Source: an uncultured Actinomycetes bacterium (GTDB lineage: Bacteria > Actinomycetota > Actinomycetes > Streptosporangiales > Streptosporangiaceae). From it: a stretch of DNA of 64,000 bases. The notes below the pieces were generated by a model. The model saw only the letters and a list, made by a program, of their open reading frames with translations, did no database searches and was not told where the DNA came from. Position numbers and translations under genes: made by a program. Numbering within the stretch: the stretch's first letter is position 1; the number at the start of each line of letters is the position of its first letter. This document shows, piece after piece, positions 40,290 through 50,672 of this stretch. Location: NCBI GenBank assembly GCA_963809975.1, contig CAWELT010000013.1:56140-120139 (forward strand), read 5' to 3'.

Positions 40290-41240
40290 GTGACAGTGCG
40301 AGAGATCGTCGTATTCAGCGGGGGCGCCCACCCGCTCCTCGCCACCGAGATCACCGAGAATCTGGGTGTCCCCTTGGAGCCCGTCCGGTTCCGGCGCTTC
40401 GCCGACGACTGCCTGGAGGTCCAGCTTCAGGCCAACTGCCGGGAGCGGGACGTTTTCCTCATCCAGCCGCTGGTCCCGCCGGTACAGGAGAACCTGGTCG
40501 AGCTGCTGCTGATGGCCGACGCCGCCCGCGGCGCCTCGGCCGGGCGGGTCACCATCGTCATGCCGCACTACGCGTACGCCCGCTCGGACAAGAAGGACGA
40601 ACCGCGGATCTCCATCGCGGGACGGCTGGTCGCCGACCTGCTGGTGACCGCCGGCGCCAACCGGGTGCTGACCATGACGCTGCACTCCCCGCAGGTGCAC
40701 GGCTTCTTCTCGGTCCCGGTCGACCACCTGAACGCGCTCCGCGAGCTGGCCGGGCACTTCCACGGCCGCGACCTGAGCAACACGGTGGTGGTGGCACCGG
40801 ACCTCGGGTACGCCAAGAGCGCCGCCGCGTTCGCCCGCCGGCTGAGCCTGCCGGTCGCCGCGGGCGCGAAGCAGCGGCACAGCGACGACAGCGTCACGAT
40901 CAGCTCGATCATCGGTGACGTGGCCGGGCGCGACGTCATCGTCCTGGACGACGAGATCGCCCGCGGCACCACGCTGATGGAGCTGCTGAGCCGGCTGCGT
41001 GAGCAGGACGTGCGCTCCGTGAGCATCGCGTGCACGCACGGGCTGTTCGCCGACGGGGCGCTGGGCAAGCTGGTCGCCCAGCCGGACGTGACCGAGGTCA
41101 TCTGCACCAACACCGTGCCCATCCCCGAGCACAAGCGGGACCCGAAGCTGGACGTCATCTCGGTGGCCCCGGCGCTGGCCGAGGCCATCCGCCGGATCCA
41201 CGACGGCGAGTCGGTCAGTGCCCTTTTCGACCATCCCTAG
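40290..41240 (+). CDS. prs: ribose-phosphate pyrophosphokinase (divergent paralogue)
   Basis: VFSGGAHPLLATEI, RFADDCLEVQL, IVMPHYAYARSDKKD, VVVAPDLGYAKSA, PRPP loop VIVLDDEIARGTT. Confidence 0.8.
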   Translation: MTVREIVVFSGGAHPLLATEITENLGVPLEPVRFRRFADDCLEVQLQANCRERDVFLIQPLVPPVQENLVELLLMADAARGASAGRVTIVMPHYAYARSDKKDEPRISIAGRLVADLLVTAGANRVLTMTLHSPQVHGFFSVPVDHLNALRELAGHFHGRDLSNTVVVAPDLGYAKSAAAFARRLSLPVAAGAKQRHSDDSVTISSIIGDVAGRDVIVLDDEIARGTTLMELLSRLREQDVRSVSIACTHGLFADGALGKLVAQPDVTEVICTNTVPIPEHKRDPKLDVISVAPALAEAIRRIHDGESVSALFDHP

Positions 41241-41257
41241 GATCCTTCGGACCATCC

Positions 41258-43429
41258 TCAGGGGGCAACGCCGGCCACGCCGATGATCCAGGCGAGCACG
41301 AACGCCTCCTCCCGCCAGGCGTCGTAGCGGCCGCTGCGGCCGCCGTGCCCCGCGTTCATCTCGGTCTTCAGCAGGAACGGCCCGCCGCGCGCGTCGGCCT
41401 GCAGCCGGGCGATCCACTTGGCGGGCTCCCGGTACAGCACCCGGGTGTCGTTCAGGCTGGTCATGGCCAGGATCGGCGGGTATTCGGCGGCGCGGAGGTT
41501 CTCGTACGGCGTGTAGGACTTCATGTACCCGTACACGGCGGGGTCGTGCAGCGGGTCGCCCCACTCCTCCCATTCGGTGACGGTGAGCGGCAGCGACGGG
41601 TCCAGGATCGTGGTGAGCGCGTCCACGAACGGCACCTGCGCCACGATTCCGGCGAACGCGTCCGGTGCAAGGTTCACCGCCGCGCCCATCAGCAGGCCGC
41701 CGGCCGATCCGCCGCGCGCCACGAGCCGGTCCGGCGACGTCCACCCGTGGCCGGCCAGATGCCGTGCGGACGCCACGAAGTCGGTGAAGGTGTTGGCCTT
41801 GTGCAGCATCTTCCCGTCGTCGTACCAGGCGCGGCCGAGTTCGCCGCCGCCGCGGACGTGCGCGATCGCGTACACGAAACCGCGGTCGAGCAGCGACAGC
41901 CGGGAGATGGAGAAACGCGGGTCCATCGAGATCTCGTAGCTGCCGTACCCGTACAGCACGCAGGGCGCCGAGCCGTCCCGCGGCGTGCCGCGGCGGCACA
42001 CCAGCGAGATGGGAACCCGGGTGCCGTCCGGCGCGGTGGCCCACTCGCGGTACTGCTCGTACTGGGCCGGGTCGTATTCGCGGGGGCCGCCCGGGCCCGG
42101 CAGCGGCCGCACCGGCGTACGGCGGCGCAGCAGCAGCTCACCGGTGGCCATGTCACAGTCGTAGACCGAGTCCGGGGTCACCAGCGACGCGTAATGCAGC
42201 CGGTACAGCGACGAGGCCGGCTCGGAGTTCCCGCCCGGGGCGACGGTGTAGACGGGCTCGGGGAAGGCGACGTCGTGCTCGCTGTCGTCGGCCCGGATGA
42301 TCCGCAGGCCGGTGAGGCCGTCCCGGCGGTAGTGCACCACCAGGTAGCCGGTGAAGGCGTCCACGCCCAGCAGGCGGGTGTCCGCCCGGCCGGGAATCAG
42401 CGGCGCCCACTCGGCGGGCCGCCCGACGGGGGCCGTCGCCAGCTCGAAGTTCTGCGCCCCGTCGTTGTGCAGGATGAGCAGCCGCTCGGTGCCGTCCGCG
42501 CGCGCCTGGTGGGCCACCTGGTACTCGACGCCCTGGCGGCGCGGCGCGACGACGGTCAGCTCTCCCTCCGGGGTGGCCGCGTCCAGCAGCCACACCTCGC
42601 TGGTCACCTTGCTGGCGGACGACACGGACAGGAAGCGCTCGCTGCGGGTCAGGCCGACGCCGACCCAGAACCGCTCATCGGCTTCCTCGAAGATCACCAC
42701 GTCGTCGGTGTGCGGCGTCCCGACCATGTGCCGCCACACCCGCCACGGCCGCCACGCGTCGTCAACCGTGACGTAGAACAGCGCCGAGCCATCCAGCGAC
42801 CACGCGCATCCGTAGAAGGTGTCCGGGATCTCGTCGGGCAGCGCCTGCCCGGTCTCCAGGTCCTTGATCCGCAGCGTGAAGCGCTCGTCGCCGGAGAAGT
42901 CGGTCGAGAACGCCAGCCGCCGCGCGTCCGGGCTGACGCTGAACGCCCCGAGCGAGAAGTAACCCGAATCCCCGGCCAGGGCGTTGGCGTCCAGCAGGAT
43001 CTCCTCGCCGGGCAGGATTTCCTCGCCGTCCGGCGGCTGGCCCTCGCCTGGCCGCTCACTGCCGGTAAGGGGCGGCGTGCCGTCGCCCGGGCGCGCCGGG
43101 CAACGGCATTGCAGCCCGTACTGCTGGCCCTGCACCGTCCGCTGGTAATACCACCAGGCGCCCTTGCGGACCGGCACCGACAGGTCGGTCTCCTGCGTCC
43201 GCCCCTTGATCTCGCCGAAGATCGTCTCGCGCAGGCCCTCCTCACCGGCGGTCAGCGCCTCGGTATAGGCGTTTTCGGCCTCCAGGAACGCGATCGTATC
43301 CGGGGCATCCTTGGCGGCCAGCCAGGCGTAGGGGTCGGTGACGCTGTCCCCGTGGAAGGTGCGGACGGACGGCACCTGCTTGGCGACGGGGGGCGCCAGC
43401 GGCTGGCTGGTGGTCGGCTCGGCACTCAT
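41258..43429 (-). CDS. ptrB: S9A prolyl oligopeptidase family / oligopeptidase B
   Basis: Intact 723-aa ORF: beta-propeller N-part, catalytic GGSAGGLLMGA, DTRVLYREPAKW, NAGHGG. Confidence 0.85.
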   Translation of the reverse strand: MSAEPTTSQPLAPPVAKQVPSVRTFHGDSVTDPYAWLAAKDAPDTIAFLEAENAYTEALTAGEEGLRETIFGEIKGRTQETDLSVPVRKGAWWYYQRTVQGQQYGLQCRCPARPGDGTPPLTGSERPGEGQPPDGEEILPGEEILLDANALAGDSGYFSLGAFSVSPDARRLAFSTDFSGDERFTLRIKDLETGQALPDEIPDTFYGCAWSLDGSALFYVTVDDAWRPWRVWRHMVGTPHTDDVVIFEEADERFWVGVGLTRSERFLSVSSASKVTSEVWLLDAATPEGELTVVAPRRQGVEYQVAHQARADGTERLLILHNDGAQNFELATAPVGRPAEWAPLIPGRADTRLLGVDAFTGYLVVHYRRDGLTGLRIIRADDSEHDVAFPEPVYTVAPGGNSEPASSLYRLHYASLVTPDSVYDCDMATGELLLRRRTPVRPLPGPGGPREYDPAQYEQYREWATAPDGTRVPISLVCRRGTPRDGSAPCVLYGYGSYEISMDPRFSISRLSLLDRGFVYAIAHVRGGGELGRAWYDDGKMLHKANTFTDFVASARHLAGHGWTSPDRLVARGGSAGGLLMGAAVNLAPDAFAGIVAQVPFVDALTTILDPSLPLTVTEWEEWGDPLHDPAVYGYMKSYTPYENLRAAEYPPILAMTSLNDTRVLYREPAKWIARLQADARGGPFLLKTEMNAGHGGRSGRYDAWREEAFVLAWIIGVAGVAP

Positions 43430-43770
43430 GGGCCTGAGCTTACTGAGCGCGCCCGGCCCTCCGGGCGCGGCCGCGCACGGTGTGCTGTACCCGTAATGGC
43501 ACCAGGTGCGGGAGCTATGCGGGGAGGCTCAGTCTGCGTTCATGGCTGATACTGGCAGTTCACCTGGGTGCCGGGAATCGGCCTCTGCCGGGCGCTGGCC
43601 GAAGACGAGGTTCCCGGACAGCAGGGACTGGGCCGCGCAAAAGGTGCTGCTGACCGGCGGTAGCCGCAGTGAGCCCCCTGGGAGCGCCGCTGGCGGCCTG
43701 CGGGCATGCCCCGGTGCAGGACTGAGTACCAGCCAGAGGCCACCCTGACGCGGCGGGCATACTGGACATC

Positions 43771-44043
43771 GTGGACAACGAGTATTCCGAGGCAGAGAAG
43801 ATCGGGCAGGCGTTCGTCACACTGGTGCTGACCGCGCGGGCGCTGGGTCACACCGACATCCGCGACACCGCGCGGGAGTACCTGCTGCCGCACGCCAGCG
43901 CCGACCGGACCCCGGAGCAATTGTTCGTGCTGGCCGCCGTCGCCGGTCCCGCTGCCGGTGGCATGCGCCCGGACGAACTGCTGCCGGATGATGATGCGGC
44001 CATGGAGGCGCTGCAAAGCGTGCCGCCGCCGCCGCTGCCCTGA
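43771..44043 (+). CDS. hypothetical protein
   Basis: 90-aa ORF (GTG start) with GC3-rich codon pattern and no recognisable motif. The overlapping minus ORF 43540..44016 looks like the antisense artefact. Confidence 0.4.
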   Translation: MDNEYSEAEKIGQAFVTLVLTARALGHTDIRDTAREYLLPHASADRTPEQLFVLAAVAGPAAGGMRPDELLPDDDAAMEALQSVPPPPLP

Positions 44044-44428
44044 CCCTCCTGCCCTGTCTCACAAACAATCGCGAGAAGGTCAGGGCCCGATCTCGGGGTC
44101 GAACAGCTTCAGGGCCTTGGCCTCGGTCAGGCGGCGGCCACGCCATCATCGGGCCCGCGTACCGGCGGGTGAAGGCGGCCGGGTTCATCGCCGGACTGGT
44201 GTGCCTCAATGCCAGGCTCGGCGCCCCCCGGTCAGATTCGGTTCAACCCATAAGCACATCTGTGTGTTTTCGCAGCCCAGCGTACGTTTCGCATGTCAGC
44301 GGCGGTGTGACGCAACGCACGCCAGTAAAGGTGCCTTTACAGGTAAACGTGCCCGGGCCTCAGGGCACGGGGACGCCCTGGGGCGGAGGCCGGTCGTGGG
44401 GAGAGGCCGTCGCTGGCCGGGCCGGGGG

Positions 44429-44924
44429 TCAGGGGTCCCAGGTGACGTGCAGGGCCGGGGGCTTGCGGAAGATCAGGCCCCGTGGGGCAGCCGGACGGGC
44501 CGGGTCCAGGCGCAGCCGGGGGAGGGCCAGCAGGGCGTCCAGGGCCGCGTGCGTTTCGGCGCGGGCCAGGGTGGCGCCGATGCAGAAGTCCCCCGCCCTG
44601 ATCTGCGCGCCGCCGATCGCGGCGTCCCGGCTCGCGTAGCGGTCCAGCAGGGCGGACGGTGAAGACCCGCGAATCACGCATCACCGCGACGGCCGCCGGG
44701 TAACTGGTGACCAGCCACCCGCCGAGCGCCGGCACCCACGCCACCGGGGTTCGCTCGCGCAGCCGCGCCAGCAGCGGATGCGGATCCCCGTCCAGCGCCC
44801 GGAGGGTCAGCGGTTCCTCGTCCGTGATGCGGTCACCACCTCTCGCCCGGCCGAACGGTAAGAAAATTTCGCCTTGAATGGTGCCGGAACCCGCGCCCGG
44901 CGCGGGGTTCCGTCGCGCAATCAT
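44429..44924 (-). pseudogene. cytochrome P450 stub (N-terminal about 75 aa fused to C-terminal about 80 aa; core deleted)
   Basis: N-piece DPHPLLARLRERTPVAWVPALGGWLVTSYPAAVAVMRDSRVFTV (ORF 44337..44924). C-piece LLDRYASRDAAIGGAQIRAGD-FCIGATLARAETHAALDALL...LIFRKPPALHVTW (ORF 44429..44677). The I-helix, the ExxR region and most of the heme loop are absent. Confidence 0.7.
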
Positions 44925-44949
44925 GGCGCGACCGCGGAAGCCGGGTGCG

Positions 44950-45726
44950 TCAGTAGATGGTGTAGCCGCCGTCGAGCACGACCACCGAGCCGGTCATGAA
45001 CGAGCTCGCGTCGCTGGCCAGGTACACCACGCTCGGCGCGATCTCCTCGGGCGTCGCGTAGCGCCGCATGGGAACGTCCTCGATCCAGTGCTGCCGGAAT
45101 TCCGGCTGGTCGACCGGCGCCATCTCGGTCTTGACGTAGCCGGGCGCGAGCGCGTTGACCCGGATGTTGTGCGGGGCCCACTCAGCGGCCAGGGATCTGG
45201 TCAGCTGGTGCACGGCGGCCTTGGAAGCGTTGTACGCGGGCTGCCATTGCGGGCGGTTGACGACGATCGACGAGATCGACCCGATATTGATGATCACCCC
45301 GCCGCCCGCCGCCGCCATCACCCGCGCGGCCGCCGTGCTCGCGGCCCACACGCCGTACACGTTGGTGTCGAAGACCGTGTCCCACTCGCTGTCCGGCACC
45401 TCCAGCGCCGGCCGGTGGAAGCAGATACCGGCGTTATTGACCAGGATGTCCACGCTGCCGAGCTGGCGGGCCGTCTCGGCGATCATCCGCTCCACGTCGG
45501 CGCGCACCCTCACGTCGGCCGCGATGGCCACGACCCGGCGCCCCGTGCTCGCGGAGATCTCCCGGGCGGCCCCGGTGACTTCCTGCTTGCCGCGCGCGAC
45601 CGCGGCGACATCAGCGCCTGCCTGGGCCAGCGCGGTCGCGAACGCCCGCCCCAGGCCCCGGCTCGCCCCGGTCACCACCGCCCGCCGTCCCGTCAGCTCG
45701 AACCGCCCCAGTACACCGCCGTTCAC
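44950..45726 (-). CDS. SDR family oxidoreductase
   Basis: VVTGASRGLG, LVNNAG, catalytic YNASKAAV. Start moved to GTG 45726 (VNGGVLGRFELTGRRAVVTGA). Confidence 0.85.
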   Translation of the reverse strand: MNGGVLGRFELTGRRAVVTGASRGLGRAFATALAQAGADVAAVARGKQEVTGAAREISASTGRRVVAIAADVRVRADVERMIAETARQLGSVDILVNNAGICFHRPALEVPDSEWDTVFDTNVYGVWAASTAAARVMAAAGGGVIINIGSISSIVVNRPQWQPAYNASKAAVHQLTRSLAAEWAPHNIRVNALAPGYVKTEMAPVDQPEFRQHWIEDVPMRRYATPEEIAPSVVYLASDASSFMTGSVVVLDGGYTIY

Positions 45727-45958
45727 TGCCTGCCCCGCAGGGAGAACGGGCGGCTGGCACGCGTCGTCTCTTGCCTCATGCCAATACTTTGCCACTGTCC
45801 CGCGAGATCGCTGGGCGTCCCGCCCGGACCTTGCCCCCGCCTGGGCGGGAGGGCTCACCGGCCCGGTCGTCAGCCAGATCCTCACCGCGCCCGGTCCACT
45901 GGCTGCCGGGCTGCCCCGCGATCACGTCGCCGCCCTGCGGGAAGACGGACAAGATGTA

Positions 45959-47884
45959 TCAGGCCGGCCGGACCGTGGCGTAGGCCGAGGCCTGCAGCGT
46001 GTACAGGTCGGCGTAGAGCCCCCCGGCGGCCATCAGCAGGTCGTGGGTCGCCCTGCTCCACGACCCGGCCATGGTCCAGGACGTAGATGCGGTCGGCGTA
46101 CCGGACGCTGGCCAGCCGGTGGGTGATCAGCAGCACGGTGCGGTCCTCGGCGTGGGCCCGGATCATCTCGAACAGGGCGTGCTCGGCGCGGGCGTCCAGA
46201 GCGACGGTGGGCTCGTCGCAGATCAGCAGGTGCCGCGTCACGGTAGAAGCCGCGGGCGATCGCGATGCGCTGCCACTGGCCGCCGGACGGCTCGATGCCG
46301 CCACGGAACCGCCGGTCCAGCTGGGTGTCGTACCCGGCAGGGAAGTGTCTCGATGACGCGGTCGGTGCCCGCGGCGGCTGGTCGCGTTGGCCAGCAGCCG
46401 GTCATCGCGCGGGTGGCCCATCGTGATGTTCTCCAGGGCGGTCATGGGCCATCGCGTGTAATCCTGCATGATCACCGCGATCCGCTCGCGCAGCTGCTCG
46501 CGGTCCATGTCGGCCATGGACCGCTCGTCCCAGCGGATCTCGCCGCTGCCCGGCTCGTACAGGCCCGCGAGCAGCTTGGCCAGCGTGGACTTGCCCGAGC
46601 CGTTCTCACCGACCAGGGCGATGACCTCGCCGCGGCGGATCTCGACGGACACGTCGGTGAGCGCGGGCTTGGCCAGCCCGGGTACGTGAAGCTGATCCGC
46701 GAGGCCGGATGACCGAGAACCCGGCGGGCGCGGGCAGGGCCCGGTGCGCGGGTGGCGTCGTGCTCCGCCTGCTGGCAGAAGTCGAGGTAGTCGTTGACGT
46801 AGAGGCCGGACTCGTAGCACTGGTTGGCCGTGACGAGCAGCCGGACAGCGCCGACACGGCGAGCTGTATGGTCAGCATCGCCGTGCCCGCCTGCGGGCAG
46901 CCCGATCCAGCCAATGCTGACGCAGCACGCCGAGCACCAGGTACACAATGCCCATCCCGACACCGCCCGCCGCGTCGCCGGCCAGCCGCACCAGGGACTG
47001 GCGGCGGGCGAGGCGCAGCCGCACGTTGCGCTCGTACGACGCGAGCACGTCGTAGGAGCGCAGCAGGAAGTCGCGCATGTTGAACGACCGCACCTCGGCC
47101 GCGGCCCAGCGGTCGGCCATCAGGTCGGCCAGGATCAGCTTGCGCCGCCGGCTGCACCCCGAGCTCGTAGCTGACCTGGTAGCGCATGCGGGCGGAGCGG
47201 AGCGCGGCCCACGCGTCGGGGAGCGCGGCCACCAGAGCAGCGGCACGAGCAGCGGGGACAGCACGGCCGAGCACGTCGACCGCCGCGACGCAGGGCCATG
47301 AGCCCCGACGAGCATGCTGATCGCGAGCTGGACGACCTGCGTCGCCTCGGACTGCCCGCGGCCCGCGCACGCTGCAGGGCGTCGTAGAAGCCCGGGGTGT
47401 CGAACGCCGCCAGGTCCACCGCGGTGGTCGCGGCGTACAGCCGCCGCTCGGCCGCCGGGCGACCGTCGGGCATGAGCCGGTCTTCGTTCCAGGCCGCGAT
47501 CAGCGTCAGCATCGTCCTGATGATGCGTGACGGCGCCAGGATGAACAGCAGCGCGGGCAGCGCGGCCTTCAGCCGGTCCGGCGTCGGGGCGCCGGCGAAC
47601 AGGGCGGTCAGCACCTGGGTGGTGCCGAGCAGGCCGAAGGCGCTCATCAGAGCCGTTGATCAGGTCGGCCGCGGCAATGGCGCGCAGTTCGCCCGGCTGG
47701 ATGCCCAGGCGATCCGCGCGAAGTAGCCGAAGAGGAACGGCAGCCGCCTGGTCATGCCCGAGAAGGAGCGCGTACCGATCAGTTCGGCGTCATAGGCCTC
47801 CCAGGCCCGGTCGACGAGCTCGCTCTCAGCCGCCGCCGGGCCGTCGGCCGTGGATCGCTCCTGCCGGCGCTTGCCGCGCTTCAT
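45959..47884 (-). pseudogene. ABC exporter (fused TMD-NBD), at least 7 frameshifts
   Basis: N-terminus MKRGKRRQ...RRLPFLFGYFARI (ORF 47660..47992). TMD pieces lie in ORFs 47135..47647, 46872..47315 and 46472..46963. The NBD lies in ORF 45882..46820 (Walker [10 protein letters not shown], Walker [16 protein letters not shown]). The natural end [31 protein letters not shown] (45959) is off-frame. Its ATG lies 2 nt after the cphA stop. Confidence 0.8.
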
Positions 47885-47886
47885 GG

Positions 47887-50600
47887 TCAGCGCCCCCCGT
47901 GCGCCATGGCGAGCAGCGGGGCGCCGCGCTCCGCGCCAAGGTCGCAGAGCAGCTGCCAGGACCGGTGCCAGCTTCTCGTACACGACCAGCACCGGGTCGC
48001 TGGTGCGCGGCCAGTGCCAGGCCGCGGGTGACCGCCTGCTCCATGCTGGCGGCGGACTCGCAGCAGATGCCCGGCCGGGCCTCGGCCAGCGCCGCGCTGA
48101 TCAGCTTCGTCATCTCGCCCGGGTTCGCGGCCGCGCAGGTCAAGGTCCTCGTAGATGACGACCCGGTCGAACGCGCGGGCGACGGCATGCGCGCTCTCCG
48201 CCACCTGGGCGTCGGTCCGGTCGCCGGGCAGGGTGAGCACCGCGACGCCGTCCCGGTCCCAGCGCTCGTGAGATGAACTCGCCGACTGCGGCCAGGGCGG
48301 CGGGGTTGTGCGCGTAGTCGAGGACCACCGGGACCTCACCGACGTGAAACGTGTCGAGCCGGCCGGGGTTGTCCCGGCTGGGCTCGAAGACTCGAGCGCG
48401 GTGCGGATGGTCGCGACGGACACGCCGAGCGAGCGGGCCGCGGCGATGGCGGCCAGCACGTTGGCGACCATGAACCTCGCCTGGCCGTCCCGGCACAGCG
48501 CGAGATCACGCACGCTGGCCAGCGTGGCGCGGGCGCTGCCGGTCGGCTTCGACCAGGTCTCCGTCGTCGAGCAGGTAGGCCGTGCCGCCGTCGCGCAGGT
48601 GCTCGGCGATGACCGGGTTTCCCGGCGAGACGCTGAAGTAGCTGATGACCGGCTGCCGGTCCCGGACGGCTGGGCGCCGGGCCAGGCCGGCGCTGTGCCG
48701 GTCGTCGGCGTTCAGCACCAGGTGCCCGTACTCGCTCGATCTCCTCGGCGACGAGCGACTTCACCCCGATCAGGTCGTCGATCGTGTCGACGCCGTCGGT
48801 GCCGATGTGGTCGCTGGTGATATTCGTGATCACCGCGACGTCGGCGCGGTCGTAGCCCAGCCCGCGGCGCACGATCCCGCCCCGGGCGGTCTCCAGGACG
48901 GCGGCCTGCACGGCCGGGTCGCTGAGCACGATGTCCGCCGACCGCGGGCCTGAGGCGTCGGAGTCGTGCACCAGGTCATGGCCGATGTAGACGCCTTCGG
49001 TCGTGGTCATGCCGGCCAGCAGGCCCGAGTGGCGCAGCAGGTGCGCGGTCAGCCTGACCGTGCTCGTCTTCCCGTTGGTGCCGGTCACGGACACTATCGG
49101 CACCCGGGACGGCATGCCGAGCGGGTACAGCTTGTCGATGATGTAGTCGGCCACATCGCGCTTGCTTGCCCTCGCTCGGCTGCAGGTGCATGCGCAGGCC
49201 GGGCGAGGCGTTGATCTCGATGATGCCGCCCGTCTCGATAGAGCGGTGCCCGGAGGCCGGGTGATGTCGCGCAGCCGCAGGTCGATACCGCAGATGTCGA
49301 GTCCGATGGTCGCCGCGGCGCGCGCGCACATCCGGGCCACCGCCGGGTGAACGTCGTCGGTCACGTCCTTGCTTGTCCCGCCGGTGGACAGGTTGGCGTT
49401 GTGGCGCAGCTTGACCACCTGGCCCGCCTCGGGCACCGACGCCGGCGTCAGGCCCTGGCGGTTCAGGTAGCCGAGTACCGTCTCATCCAGGGCGATCTTG
49501 GTGAGTGGCCGGTCGTGCCCGACGCCGCGCCTGTGGGTCCGCGTTGACCCGCTCCACCAGGGCCGGCGATGTCGAGGACCCCGTCCCCGGTCACCTGGGC
49601 GGGAGACAGCTCCGCCGCGACGACCTGGTCGCCGATCACCAGGACGCGGTAATCGGTGCCGGGGACGTAGTCCTCGACGAGCGCCGAGCCCGCCCTCGTG
49701 CGGCTGATCACGGCGAACGCGGTGCTCGCTTCCTCCGCCGTCTCGACGATGAAAACGTCTCGCCCGTGGTTGCCGAACACCGGCTTCACCACCACCGTGC
49801 CGCCGAGCCGGTCGTAGGCCGCGACGGCCGCGGCCGCGTCATGCGCCACGATGCCCTCGGGCACGGGAATGCCCGCGGCGGACAGCAGCTGCTTGGTGAC
49901 CGCCTTATCGCAGGCGATGTCCACGCCGATGACCGAGGTCTGGTCCGTGCTTGCCGCCCAGACCAGCCGCCGGTTGGCGCCGTAGCCGAGCTGCAGCAGC
50001 CCGACGTCCGTCAGCCTGCGGACCGGGATGCCGCGGTGCCGGGCGGCGCGGGCAAGCGCGGCCGCCGTTACCCCCAGCCGGTTCTCGTCATAAGCCGTGG
50101 CGAGGCGCTGCAGCTCAGGGCCGGGAACCGGCTGGTCACCGGCCTGGCTGGGGTGGAGAACCGCATCGGGGACGCGGCCCGCGGCCAGCTCGGTGACCAC
50201 GGTCGCGGCCAGCTCAAGCAGGTCGCCGAGCCACGGGGTCCTCGGCCCACTCGTGCTCCGGGCACTCGATGATCAGCCGGAACAATCCCGGCTCGCCCGC
50301 CCACAGCGTCTTGCCGAAGTACACCTCGCGCCCGATGAGGTGCGAGAGCTCCAGGGCCACGTGCTCCAGCACGTGCCCGAAGAACGTGCCCTCGTTCAGC
50401 TTGGCCACCAGGCCGCCTGGCTTGCCCGCCGCGCAGTGGTGATCGGCCAGCCCAGGCAGGGTGGCGAGTAGCCGCTGGGCGAAGCCAGGGACATCGCAGG
50501 TCTCGCGGCCGGCGAGCTCCTCCAGGTCGACAAGCGCCACCGCCGGCTGCCAGCAGTAGATGTTCGGGCCGCGTAGCCGTCGTAGCGTTACGATCCGCAT
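47887..50600 (-). pseudogene. cphA: cyanophycin synthetase, at least 10 frameshifts
   Basis: N-domain MRIVTLRRLRGPNIYCW...GTFFGHVLEHVALEL (ORF 50214..50633). ATP-grasp pieces lie in ORFs 49463..50200, 48976..49329 and 48336..49436 (LRHNANLSTGG, GGIIEINASPGLRMH). The Mur-ligase part has VTGTNGKTST, NITSDHIG, LNADD and VLDYAHNP, spread over ORFs 48336, 48506, 48140, 47887, 47826 and 47660. Confidence 0.85.
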
Positions 50601-50672
50601 CGTTGTCCTCGATTTCTCGTTGAACTGATCCATGCTTGGCTCGGCGGCGCGGTGGTTTCCGCAGGACCGCTC

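Noticed and set aside
41238-41262. Imperfect inverted repeat CCCTAGGAT-N10-ATCCTCAGGG between the convergent prs and ptrB stops, as a bidirectional terminator.
   Set aside because: The stem has a bulge, the arms overlap both stop codons, and the gap is only 17 nt. Plausible but too weak to annotate.
43430-43770. 340-bp GC-rich spacer upstream of ptrB with the hairpin GCGCCCGGccctCCGGGCGC (about 43449-43470); considered as an ncRNA or gene fragment.
   Set aside because: No match to RNA families I know. The translations in all frames are featureless. Only a short stem is demonstrable.
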